A DNA stretch of 64,000 bases, taken from Malacoraja senta (Eukaryota). The position numbers and the translations under genes are program-made. Shown here piece by piece: positions 25,135-37,815 of this stretch. Under the pieces are notes generated by a model. That model made no database searches. It was not told the DNA's origin and saw only the letters and a program-made list of their open reading frames with translations. How positions within the stretch are numbered: the stretch's first letter is position 1; every line of letters begins with the position of its first letter. The DNA is taken from assembly GCA_038087875.1 (NCBI GenBank), contig JAXLNO010000067.1, positions 1 to 64,000 of the forward strand, written 5' to 3'.

Positions 25135-25440
25135 AGAGATACAGAGAAACAGCGCGGAAACAGGTCCTTCAGCCCACTGAGTCCACGCCGAACAGCGATC
25201 CCCGCACATTAACATTATGCTACTCACACTACGGACAATTTTACATTTATACCAAGTCAATTAACCTACAAACTTGTACACCTTTGGAGTGTAGGAGGAA
25301 GCCGAAGATCTCAGAGAAATCTCACGGAGGACATGGAGAGAACGTACAAACTCCATACAGACAGCAACCTTAGTCAGGATCGAACCTTGTCTTTGGCGCT
25401 GTAAGGCAGCAATTCTACTGCTGTGCTACCGTGCCACCCA
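25135..25440 (-). mobile_element. tRNA-derived V-domain SINE (HE1-like)
   Basis: The minus strand shows a tRNA-like A/B-box head (ggttcgatcc), a V-domain-like core (gtttgtacgttctc...ttcctcc) and a CR1-like tail. Sister copies lie at about 26940-27150, 33970-34278, 43322-43570 and 48415-48545. Confidence 0.75.
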
Positions 25441-27224
25441 TGAATTTCCTCGCCATGAATGTAAACAAATTGTGCGAGAACTGATTCACTGACATTGTTG
25501 TGGCTTCTAAATCCTTCATGTGCACTCAATCTTCACCCTAAAATAGAATCCTGATAATAGGCTTCACCTTCTCATGCATCTTTCAATTGATGCATCTGAA
25601 GATGCATCATTACTGAGCAACCATCAGCCACTTTTCAAATGGCTCATGTACTGAATTGAATGTGAGCACTGGCTTTGTCTATATGTTCCAGCCATCAATT
25701 ATGTGCCTGCCAATGTCCTCTCACATCAACATCATGCCTGATCACGGCATCCATCCATGCGACCCAGTAACTGAATGCCACAGCCACCATTAATGTCCTC
25801 AGTGCTCCTGGGAAATTGAAGGAATCTCCTGACCAAAAAATGATAAATGAGTTTTCAGCAGCCTTTATTAGATGGGATGTGTTAGCTTCTCTCAGAGATT
25901 GATAATGGAGTCACAAAGCAGCTGTGGTGTGAAAAGGTAATTTGAACCATTCCAGAAAATGAACTAATAAACATTTCATTTATTGTCTGGGAAGCAAGAT
26001 GGGGTGGAGGCCGAGGACATTGAATGAGAACACAGGCTGTGATAACTGCTTGACCCATTTCTCCTGTCACCCTGCAATGAAACCTCGTCTTGCTGCGGTA
26101 CTCACACATTACACGGGTGAATTTCCTCTCATCTTTCCTGCTTCATGCAGATGTCAATGGAGATCATCGGGCACAGGAGCAGAGGGCATACCAGAGACTC
26201 AATCATTTTAATGACTTCATTTTATCTTAAAGCTTTTCATTGTATGTTTTAAGGTGACTTAGGTAACTTTGTTTTCTTAAATAATCCTTAAGCATTTTTA
26301 GTTTTTTTAAATTATTTAGATCAAATGTAATAGATTTTAAATTTCTTGTGTCAGAGACGTGATAGAGATGAAAAGCCTCTAACAGGTTGTGCAGCTGGTG
26401 AAAGCGGGGGTGGGGGGATGGGTAGCCTCCCATTAAAAGGGTGCAACATCTCACTGCTCCAACAGAGTTCCTGCTGCCAGACTCTCGAGATGCATATGTC
26501 CCCATATTCAGATCAGGTCATCCACAAATACCAATGATGTCAGCATCAAGGAATCAAGGAGTCAGTGGGGAGACTGGGCCAGTACAATGTGATTTTTTAA
26601 ATGCTATATTACATGTGTGCGAGAACATTTGTTTTTTTGTGCCAAGGGAATAATGGTCTGTATTTGTTGAACTAAATGAAATATTTTATCTTTAATAAGT
26701 GTGGTTTCCATAACCATTCAAAGATGTAATGATCGATGCTGACTGCTCGGTCTGCTCTACCATTCAGTTTAACCACGGTGACTATTTCATAGTGAAGCAA
26801 CACAGCAATCTACAGAAGGGGTCATTCAGTTAACTGTTTCCATGCTGGACAGCAAAGAGCTGAATTTCCAAACTCCATTCCCAGTTCTATATTATTAATC
26901 TTTTATAGTTGCTAACTCAATTTTTAAGTTATTCCCGTTTCACATCCTACATACCAGGGGCAAATTACAGAAGTTAATTAACCTACAAACCTGCACGGTT
27001 TTGGAATGTGGGAGGAAACTGGAGCTCCGGAGGATACACATGTGGTCACAGGGAGAATGTACAAACCCTGTACAGACAGTACCCATAGTCAGGATTGAAC
27101 CCAGGTCTCTGGCACTGTAGCGCAGCAATCCTACTGCTGTAACACCGTGCTTCCATTCCCTAGAGACACAGGAAAGTTGAGCAAACTCCACAGAGGCAAT
27201 GCCCAAGGATAGTTGGAAAAGCAA

Positions 27225-27795
27225 GTCAAGCTGGAAAGGTGCAGAAAGATTTACCATGATGTTGCCAGGACTCGAGGCCCTGAGTTGCAGGGAGAGGTTG
27301 GACAGGTTAGGACTTTATTCATTGTAACACAGGAGACTGAAGGGTGATATTATCGAAGTGTACAAAAACATGAGAGGAATAGATTGGGTACATGCAGAGT
27401 CTTTTATCCAGAGGAGGAGAATCCAGAACCAGTGGACATAGGATTAAAGTGAGGGGGGACTGATTTAATACAAAGGGGCAACTTTTTTACACAAAGGGTG
27501 GTAGGTATATGGAGCGAGCTGCCAGAGGAGGTACTATCACAACTTTTAAAAAACATTTAAGATAGACATAAAATACTGGAGTAACTCAGCAGGGCAGGCA
27601 GCATTTCTGGAGGAAAGGAATAAGTGCCATTTCAGGCCAAGACAGTTCTTCAAACTGAAACAATTAGACAGGTACATGTATAGGCAAATGCAAGCAGGTG
27701 GTGCTAATGTAGATGGAGCATGTTGGTCAGTGTGGGCAGGTCAGGCCGAAGGCCCTGTTTCCACACTGTATGAGTCTATCACTCCATAACTCTAT
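27225..27795 (+). mobile_element. Degenerate CR1 3' fragment containing a Penelope-end remnant
   Basis: DNA similarity to the other CR1 3' ends (ttttttacacaaagggtggtaggtatatgg...). Confidence 0.7.
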
Positions 27796-29784
27796 GACAG
27801 GGCCAAACCAGGTCACTGCAGTTGTGAGATAGTAGCTACTACCTGCTGTGTGCTGCTGTGCCATGTGGAAAATATTGCTCCTCTGCTTCTCACTAATTCT
27901 TCCAATTACTATAAAGCTTTGCCTTTTGCCAACTGGGAGAGAAATTTCCTCTCCAATGTATCGTCCCCTTACAATTTTATAGAAATAAATTTCACCATGC
28001 TATTCTCTGTTCCAGCGTTTAAATAATGTAAGCCTCGCAGAGAAAGCCTCACAAGGGGGAAATACATAGGTTCAAGGTGGGGAAAAGATTTAGTAGGAAT
28101 CTGAGGGGTAACATTTTCACAAAAAGGGTGGTGGGTGTATGGAACAAGCTGCCAGAGGAGGTAGTTGAGGTTGGGACTATCCCAAAGTTTAAGAAACAGA
28201 TGGACAGGTACATTGATAGGACAGGTTTGGGGGGATATGGACCAAACGTGGGCAGGTGGAACAAGTGTAGCTGGGAGTGCTACCCGTGTGAGCAAGTTGT
28301 GCCGAAGGGTCTGTTTCCACGCTATGACTCTAAATCTTTTTGTACTGTCTTAGCACAGTTAAAACATTCCTACAACGTCGTTATCAAAACCAACATGTAC
28401 ATTTAGTTTGTAACAACTTAGGGATTCCACCAAGTCAGGGAATCTAAACCTGTTTTATCAAAAAGGTAACGTCCATGTCCATCCAGTACTTCTTCCATCT
28501 ATGGTTCGGCTTCCCTTCTCCTCATTGGAAGGCATTACGTTGGTGGAGGATGATCCAGGAATATCAGGCTTTTTAAATTTCAATGTATAGTTAATAGAAT
28601 TAAGTTACAAAAAGACCACTAAATAAACTTTAATGTCTGATAGCTAACTCCACTAAGAGTGTTAGGTTTAATTGTGGTTGACTGCCACCAAAACCATTCA
28701 GAGACACTTCAACAAAGGTGACACCCTCATGAAAAGGAAAAATTAAAACAAATATTGGGCAGACCATCTTGGAAACACTACACTAGTCCCACCTGCCTGA
28801 GCTTGGTTCATATCCCTCAAAACTTGTCCTATCCATGTACCTGTCCAACTGTTTCTCAAACGATAGGATAGTCCCAGCCTCTACTACCTCCTCTGGCAAC
28901 TTGTTCCATACACCCACCACCCATTGTGTGAAAAAGTTACCCCTCAGATTCCTATTACATATTTTCCCTTTCACCTTGAACTGACAGTATATCCTCTGGT
29001 CCTCGATTCCCCTATCTGGGCAAGAGACTCTATGCATCTACCTGATCTATTCCTCTCATGGACATGGCAAGCAGTGTACATGGCAAGTTCTGGGCAGGCA
29101 AGGGGCGTACCCAGCCCTTGGAACTGACCCCCTCCTCTCTGAACACCCACCATCCCCCCACCAGACATCGCCTTGGCCTCCATCTGCTCACCTGCCTTCC
29201 TCCGACCCCAACCCCCACCTTGGCCGCGTGTTCACCATTCCCCCCTGACCTCCCCCTCTCTGATATGGAACGGTCTGTTCTCAGCAGAGGCCTCACCTTT
29301 GTTCCCCTCCGCCCCCACCTCAACGAGTTCCGGGACCGCCACGATGTAGAGCTCTTCTTCCGTCGCCTCCGCCTCCGGGCCTTTTTCTATGGGAAGGAGT
29401 CTTCACCACCCATTAATGACCCCTTCTCCCATCTCCAATGGACCCCCTCCTCTTGGACTCCCCCGGATGGCCATCTACCTTCTTTAGATCGTTTCATTCC
29501 CAACTGTTGGCAGGACATCAACCGCCTCAAATTTTCTACTCCCCTTAATCACTTTAACCTCTCCCCCTGAACGTACAGCCCTCCGCTCACTGCAACAACC
29601 CCGACTGGATAATTAAACCTGCCGATAAGGGAGGTGCCGTGGTAGTCTGGCGCGCTGACCTCTACTGAATTGAGTCCTCGTGACAACTCTCAGACACCTC
29701 CTCCTACTTATCCTTGGACCATGACCCCACAGACAAGCACCAGGCCTTAATCTCAAGCACCTTTACTGATTTCATCACTGTCAA

Positions 29785-30780
29785 TACAGTTATATTGCCA
29801 AAGTATAAGACATGACATACATATTTAAAATGCATAAGTATAAATACAAGTATACAGTGCATGGATAGATATGTCCCTGTACATAAACTCGCAAGAGGCC
29901 TATAGCCCTTTATTGATAGCAAGTTTAGCAATTCAATATTATTTCTTAGTGTCAGTTAATGTCAATTAGTGTGTGCGTACATATGTGCATATCGGTCATT
30001 CACCGTCTCTCAGGTTATGGCATGCTGTTACGTATTGTGCACCAAGATGTGCCGTATTTCCTTCACCAAGGATTATTCTTAGTTTTGATGTATCACTAGT
30101 TCTTTAAAATCAGCGGTTGCCAGACTGAGTTTGTCAAAGTATGTTTTCCTTGTTTTGTCAAATTTTTCGCATTTTAGGAGGAAGTGCACCTCTGTTTAAA
30201 CCTCATCTGTCAAACAGTGGCCGCATATTCTGTTTTTTCTTGGCTGCCAGAATCTCTTCTGTCTTCCTTTTTCAACTGCCAAATAGTGGTCACTTAGCCT
30301 GTATTTGGTGAAGGTCTGTCTCTGTTTTATGTCTCTAACAGTTGAGAGATAGTTTGCCAATTTATAATCTCTTTTTAGGGCATGGTAACATTCTAATCTG
30401 CTTGGCTTTTGGTTTCTTTATCCCAATGTTCCAAATACGTTTCTTTACATTGTTTGACAATTTGGTTCACTCTAACTGGTGATTGGGGATCAGTATTGAT
30501 CTGAGGTTGGTCAGGATTTAACTGGATAGGGTTTAACTGAATAGGGGTAGTTAGTCTCAGTACCAACTGACACAGGGAACTCTTTTCTGGGCTCCCCTCT
30601 TGTGTTTTAAGGGCCTTAAACTGGAGGGTATCCGGTGGGCTAGATTTAAGGTGATTCCAAAACTTAAGTGCTCTTTTCTGAATATTTATTATCAGTGGGT
30701 ATCTGCCTAATTTCGCCCTACATGCGTTTGTTGGTGTTTTCCTTTGGATGCGGAGGATGTTCCGACAAAATTCCGCATAA
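29785..30780 (-). mobile_element. 3' fragment of a CR1-group (L2/Crack/Daphne-like) LINE
   Basis: Minus-strand translation TKYRLSDHYLAVEKGR...RICGHC...EVHFLLKC at about 30170-30310. The clade assignment is tentative. Confidence 0.6.
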
Positions 30781-30819
30781 GGTAGAACAGGTTAGAGGAG
30801 AAGCTGCTAGTGGCCTTCT

Positions 30820-31456
30820 ACCACTCAACCGTCGAGAGTGTGCTGGCATATTGTATCACGTTGTGGTATGCCGGCTGCTCAGCAGCAGACAAAGCCCTGC
30901 AGAGTGATCAAAACTGCCCAGAAAATCATCGGCTGCCCTCTGTCTTCCCTGGAAGACATCTCCAGCTCTCGGTGCCTCTGTAGAATCAGGAAAATAATCA
31001 AAGACCCCTCCCATCCTGGACAGTTCCTGTTCTACCTCCTGCCCTCTGGTAGAAGTGACAGGTGCGTCAAAAGCCGGACAAATACTCAAGAACAGTTTCT
31101 TTCCCTGGGCCATTAGAACTCTAAATTCCTCAAATATCCACACGATATGAGAATGCTGTCATTCATTCCACTATAAAACAGACCAGTCAGCTAATATTTC
31201 TTCTTTTTTAAAATTCTTTTAAAGTATTTATTAAATTTTAAAGTGTAATATTCTCCCAGTGCAATGTTCTACCTACGTGTGATAATTATAATTTATCTAC
31301 TATTTTAAGCAGTTAAATAACGTATTGAATGCACTGGATGTGTTTTTGTCTTGTTTGGACTTGTTTTAGTTGCACTGATCAGGCGTAGCTCTCCTAATTT
31401 TGTTGTATTTCTAAGTACAATAACAATAAAGTCTTATTATTATTATTATTATTATT
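30820..31456 (+). mobile_element. Rex1/Babar LINE 3' end
   Basis: RVIKTAQKIIGC...DPSHPG...LPSGR, followed by AATAAA and a (TTA)n tail. Confidence 0.8.
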
Positions 31457-31479
31457 GTTACTAATGTAATTTTCTACAG

Positions 31480-32137
31480 GCTCACCTTGCTGTTGGTCAT
31501 GAGCAAAAAACGTAATATGTTCAACTATGGAGTTGGCACGAAGATCACACAGCTGTCAGAACTTAGTGAGTAGGACCGCAGGATCACCAATAGTTTCAGC
31601 AGGTACCACGATCTGGTTGTTGTGATCCAGAACTGCAGGCGCATAGTCGAAACGCTCTGCACGCTTCATTGCTTCAGGGCCAGTGACGTTGAGTAGTATA
31701 GAGGCATGCTCTTCTGGTGTAGCGTTGCGATGAGCAGCACGAATGTAATGGTTGTAATCATGCTCAAAATTCGCCAACGTTCAGTGATGTCTGTCAAAGA
31801 TCAGAGGGTCTGGCTGGCGAAGTGAACTGGCCATGACAGCATGAGTGAATTGGTGAAAACAAAATACAGGGGATAAAATAAAACCCGATATACTTAAACA
31901 CGGAGTGGGTTACCAACCACTTCTGACACCATGTCAAATGACCCAGTCATACTCACGAACATGGTACAACAGTATTTTTTGAAAGGCACTTATAATACAC
32001 TACGGCATGATGCTTCATCTGCGTAGCAGTGTAGACTGCCAGCACGAGTTGGGTTACGATAATATGAACAGTGTAGTAGGCGGAGCTTCTAATAATAAAG
32101 CACTACATTGGTTAGTAAGTGAAGTAACCAATCTACA
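31480..32137 (-). mobile_element. 5' part of a Gypsy LTR retrotransposon (LTR 31932-32137, PBS, gag start)
   Basis: On the minus strand a TG...CA LTR is followed by PBS tggtgtcagaagtgg and gag-like ORF 31556..31777. ATCAC TSD at 32138-32142 is matched at 29774-29778. Confidence 0.78.
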
Positions 32138-33969
32138 ATCACTTCCAGCTCTCTGCCCTCTAAAGCCTCCAAGCTTATTGTTCCCCATGGCCAGATTTTA
32201 TCTTCTCCCCAAAATCCACAAACAGAACTGTCCTGGCAGACCCATTGTTTCTGCTTCTTCATGTCACAATAAATCCCACATATCTTGACTACATCCTATT
32301 CCCCCTGGACCAATTCCTCCCCACCTATGCGTAAGACACCTCACACGCTCTTCGTCTCCTCAATGACTTCCGCTTTCCAGGACCCCACTCCCTCATCTTT
32401 ACTGTGGCTGTCCAGTCACTCTACACCTCCTTCCCCCACCAGGAGGGTCCTCGACTGCAGAACTAGCCAATTTCCGTCTGCCAATACTCTCCTCGGCCTA
32501 GCAGAGCTGGTCCTTACCTCAACAACTTCTCCTTTTGACTCCTCCCACTTCCTCCAAATCCAAGGCATAGCTATGGGCACTCGCATGGGCCCTAGCTATG
32601 CCTGCCTCTTTAAACAATTCCTGTTCCAGGTGAACACTGGCCCTATCCCCGAACTCTACCTCCGCTACATTGACGACTGCATTGGTGCTACCTCCTGCAC
32701 CCATGCAGAGTTCTCACTGACTTCATCAACTTCACCACTAATTTCCATCCAGCACTCAAATTCACGGACCATCTCCGACATCTACCTACGGTTTCCAGAA
32801 CGCACCGTCTCCATCACAGGAAACAGGCAAATGACCGACATCTACTACAAACCTACTGACTTTCACAGCTATCTTGACTACACTTCTTCCCACACTGCTT
32901 CCTGTCAAGATTCTATGCCCTATTCCCAATTCCTCCGCCCAGGATGACGTGTTCCATACCAGGGCATCGGAGATGTCCTCATTCTTTAGGGAACGGGGGT
33001 TCCCCTCTTCCATTAAAGATAAGGCTCTAACTAGGGTCTCCTCGATGTCCCGCAGCTCTGCTCTTACTGCCCCTCTCCCCATTTGGAACAAGGACAGAGC
33101 CCCCTTGTCCTCAGCTTCCACCCCATCAGCCGTCGCCTACAGCATATAATCCTCCAACATTTTCGCCAACCTGCAGCGGGATCCCACGACCAGCCACATC
33201 TTCCCTTCTCCACTCCTTTCTGCTTTCTGCAGAGACCATTCCCACCGCAACAACTTGGTCAACTCGTCCCTTCCCACCCAAACCGTCCCCTCCCCAGGTA
33301 TTTTCCCCTGCAACTGCAGGAGATGCAACACCTGTCCCTTTACCTCCCCTCTTGACTTGATCCAGTGACCCAAACAGTCTTTCCAGGCAAGCCAGAGGTT
33401 CACGCACCTCCTCCAACCTCATCTACTGTATCTGCTGTTCCAGGTGTCATCTTCTCTACATTGGCGAGCAAGCGCAGGCCGGCGATCATTTCGCTTAACA
33501 CCTCCGCTCAGTCCGTCTTAACCTACATGATCCCCCGGTGGCTCAGCACTTCAACTCTCCCTCCCATTCCCAATCTGCAAATTGGAGGAATAGCACCTCA
33601 TATTTCGCTTGGATAGTTTACACCCCAACGGTATGAACATTGACTTCTCTAACTTCAGATAGCCCTTGCTTTCTCTCTCCAACCCCTCCCCTTCCCAGTT
33701 CTCCCACTAGTCCTACTGTCTCCGACTACATTCTATCTTTGTCCTGCCCCCTCCACTGACATCAGTCTGAAGAAGGGTCTCGACCCAAAACGTCACCCAT
33801 TCCTTCTCTCCAGAGATGCTGCCTGATCCGCTGAGTTACTCCAGCAATTTGTATCTACCTCCAGTTATTATTAATTGCTTCTATTTCCACAGATACTTCC
33901 CAATGCGCAGAATATTTTGAGTATTTTCTGTTTTTATGCTATTATTATTCTACAGCCTGCAGATCTTTA

Positions 33970-34278
33970 GTTTAGTTTGGAGACACAACGTGGAACAAGG
34001 CCCTTTGGACCATCGAGTCCGCACCGACCAGCGATCCACAAATACTAAAACTATCCCACACACACTCGGGACAATTTACAATTATAGAAAGCCAATTAAT
34101 CTACAAACCTGGACGTCTTTGCAAAGTAGGAGAAAACTGGAGATCCTGGAGAAAACCCATACAGTTTCACGGGGAGAACGTACAAACTCCGTACAGGCAG
34201 CACCCATAGTCAGGATCAAACCGGGGTCTCTGGTGCTGTAAGGCAGCAACTCTCATGCTGCAACACCGTGCCACCCTC
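33970..34278 (-). mobile_element. tRNA-derived V-SINE copy
   Basis: Same family as 25135-25440. Confidence 0.75.
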
Positions 34279-34906
34279 AATACTGAACTCAATACTGTAT
34301 TCTCCAACGTCAGATAACCCATCTGGCGATGGTTGTTCCTGGGTCGTCGCTGCTAATGTTTCGGAATGCCCTTCCTTTATACTATTTTTACATTTGATCC
34401 TCTAAAGGAAGCCTTTGTTTCAACCCAAGGCTCTCATGATAATGGTCAATCATTTAATGCGTCCAATAGGTGAATAAATAAAACACATTTTCGTTCCTCA
34501 TCAGACTAGAAAGTAATTATGTCAGAAATCTGAAGGTCTCGACCCGAAACGTCACCCATTTCTTCTCTCCAGAGATGCTGCCTGCCCCGCTGAGTTACTC
34601 CAGCATTTTGCGCTTATCTTTGATTTAAACCACATCTGCAATTCTTTCCTGCACATAGAGTAATTATGTTGACTGTTCATATTTCCGTTCTCATCATGTA
34701 GTCCCTTTGCAAAATGGCTGTCCCAGACACATTATCTTATCAAGGCTACACAACACAGAAACAAAGTTCTCTCCAACAATGCTATTGCCAGACGTCAATA
34801 ACATGATCATTTTCACAGGGCTTCTTTGTTTCCATGGTCCCAGCATTGCTCTCTGTGTGTTTCTCTCCAGCTAGCAGCATCCTCCCAAACCCCATCAGGA
34901 TACTTA

Positions 34907-35739
34907 TGGGCCTGTCCCACTTAGGCGATTTTTCAGGCGACTACCAGTATCAGTCAAGTTGTCGGCAGTCGCCTGAAAAAACGGCAACTGGAACGGCGAC
35001 TGTCACACTGGAACACACACACACACACAAACACAAACACATCGCTTCCTTCACCAGCCCGTTATTGCAGGTGGGGGACAGGGCAAGCGGGGTGTGCATG
35101 TCTGAGTGAAATTCACACGGTGCAAAGCCAATATGAAACAGACACACACCGCGATGAACAGGAAGGTTGGCGCTGTAATTAAGAAGCTAAAAAGCACAGT
35201 GTACAGTAAGTCTTTTAAAAGAGGGGGGTAGAATGGGGAGAGGGGGGGAAAGGGGTGGAGAGGGGGGAGAGAGGGGAGGGGAAGGGGGGGGAGGTGTGGA
35301 GACAACTTTTAAGAAGCCAGAGATACACGGCTGTGAAGTTTGGCGGACATTAACATTTCCATTTCTCAATGTGCCAATAACATTAATATTTCCCAATGAG
35401 CCAATGAAATTCACTGGTCAGCACCGACTACAATCCACGAGAACCTAAGAGAACCTTCGACCTGCTGGCAACCCACTAGGACCTCCTGGCGACCCACCTA
35501 TGGCACGAGAATTCTCGCTACTCTCCATGGCGGCTTCATTCTAGTCGCCGCTAATTTTTCAACATGTTGAAAAATTTGCAACGATCATAATGAGGCCGCG
35601 AATAGTTCCCAGAATGCGGGAATTCCTCATGACCATGAAGGCGACTCCCCGGAAACCACCTGCAAACATGTGGTGACCATGTGGCGACTGCATAATCTCC
35701 TGCAGTCGCCTAAAAAGTCGCCTAAGTGGGACAGGTTCA
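34907..35739. mobile_element. PIF/Harbinger MITE (833 bp)
   Basis: TIRs gggcctgtcccacttaggcgatttt / aaaagtcgcctaagtgggacagg. TTA TSD at 34904-34906 and 35740-35742. Confidence 0.88.
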
Positions 35740-36156
35740 TTAACATCAAGTCCCTGGCTATACAGCTTAAGCTTTTACAATTTTATTTCCCCCCACTTGC
35801 AAGCACTTGGTATCTTAGGCATGTTGTTGCCATTATTATACTTGAATTGCCATTAATATATGTGAACATACACCCGCTATGTTGCAGTATATCAAGCAGC
35901 CATGTCATATTATCATCTCCTTTACTTGATTGAGGGCTGGGTTTTAGTTTGATACATTGTTCTGTCTATAGTTCAAAGCAAGGAAAGTTCTTTTTTATTG
36001 CCTCTGACTGTGCACACATGGCTGTTGCTCATCCTGCATTTCAACAGTGAGCACATTTGAAAACAAAATTGATTGCCAGAGTCATAAGCACAGAAACAGG
36101 CCATTAGGCCCATCAGAACCATGCTGTCCACTGTACCTACCAACATTCGTCCCATT

Positions 36157-37428
36157 TAACCATATAACCATATAACCATTACAGCACGGAAACAGGCCAT
36201 CTCGGCCCTTCAAGTCCGTGCCGAACACTTTTTTTTTTTCCTTCCCTTCTTTCTTCTTACTTCCCCCTAGTCCCATCTACCTGCACTCAGACCACATCCC
36301 TCCATTCCTTTCCCATCCATATACCCATCCAATCTATTTTTAAAGGATAAAATCGAACCTGCCTCCACCACTTCCACTGGAAGATCATTCCACACAGCTA
36401 CCACTCTCTGAGTAAAGAATTTCCCCTAATGTCACCCCTAAACTTCTGTCCCTTAATTCTCAAGTCATGTCCCCTTGTTTGAATCTTCCCTACTCTCAAT
36501 GGGAAAAGCTTATCCACGTCAACTCTGTCTAAACCGCTCATCATTTTAAAGACCTCTATCAAGTCCCCTCTTAACCTTCTGCGCTCCAAAGAATAAAGAC
36601 CTAACTTGTTTAACCTTTCTCTGTAATTTAGTTGCTGAAACCAGGCAACATTCTAATAAATCTCCTCTGTACTCTCTCTATTTTGTTGACATCCTTCCTA
36701 TAATTAGGCGACCAAAATTGTACTCCATACTCCAGAATTGGCTTCATCAATGCCTTGTACAATTTTAACATTACATCCCAACTTCTATATTCAATGCTCT
36801 GATTTATAAAGGCCAGCACACCAAAAGCTTTCTTTACCACCTTATCTACATGAGATTCCACCTTCAGGGAACTATGCACAGTTATTCCTAGATCCCTCTG
36901 TTGAACCGCATTCCTCAATTCGCTACCATTTACCATGTATGTCCTATTTTGATTTGTCCTGCCAAGATGTAGCACCTCACATTTATCAGCATTAAACTCC
37001 ATCTGCCATCTTTCAGCCCACTCTTCCAAATGGCCTAAATCTCTCTGTAGACTTTGAAAATCGACTTCATTATCCAAAACACCACCTATCTTAGTATCAT
37101 CTGCATACTTACTAATCCAATTTTCCACACCATCATCCAGATCATTGATGTACATGACAAACAACAGTGGACCCAACACAGACCCCTGAGGCACCCCACT
37201 AGTCACCGGCCTCCAACCTGACAAACAGCCATCCACCATTACTCTCTGGCATCTCCCATTCAGCCACTGTTGAATCCATCTTGCTACTCCACCATTAATA
37301 TCCAACAATTGAATCTTCTTAACCAACCTTCCATGAGGACCTTGTCAAAGGCCTTACTGAAGTCCATATAGACAACTGCTTTACCCTCATCAATTTCCTG
37401 AGTAACCTTTTCGAAAAATTCAAGATTA
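36157..37428 (-). mobile_element. 5'-truncated CR1 (family B)
   Basis: ORF 36628..37326 with SGVPQGSVLGP and YADDTK. The 3' end is near-identical to 6892-7697. Confidence 0.92.
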
Positions 37429-37577
37429 ATTCACTTTAGATGTGTAGCCAGCCATCCCTTCGTGTTTAAACCTCCTCACTTCAAATCTATGCCCTTCTGT
37501 TTGACATCTCCACCATGGCAAAACATTTTATAATCTATGCTGAAGATCCTCCTCATAATTGTACATACCCTCTAAGA

Positions 37578-37815
37578 AGGGGGAGAGAGAGAGGGAGGGG
37601 AGAGGAGAAGATTGGAGAAGAGTGGAGATAGAGGAGGAGAGAGAGAAGAGGGGAGAGAGAAGAGGGGAGAGAGAGAAGGCAGAGAGAGAAGGGAGAGAGA
37701 GAAGGGAGAGAGAGGGGGAGAGAGAGAAGAGGGGAGAGATAAGAGGGGAGAGAAGGGAGAGAGAGAGGGAGAGAAAGGGGGAGAGAGAGAAGAGGGGAGA
37801 GAGAAGGGGGAGACG
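37578..37815. repeat. Polypurine (AG-rich) low-complexity tract
   Basis: About 240 bp of almost exclusively A and G. Confidence 0.9.

Larger units (their letters stand above)
29058..33860 (+). mobile_element. Degenerate Penelope-like element (RT plus GIY-YIG endonuclease), split by a nested block at 29779-32137
   Basis: ERSVLSRGLTFVP, IKPADKGGAVVV, FYLLPKIHK...GRPIVS, GIAMGTRMGPSYA, YLRYIDD and a GIY-YIG-like NLIYCICCSRCHLLYIGE. A hammerhead-like motif is at the 3' end. Confidence 0.88.
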
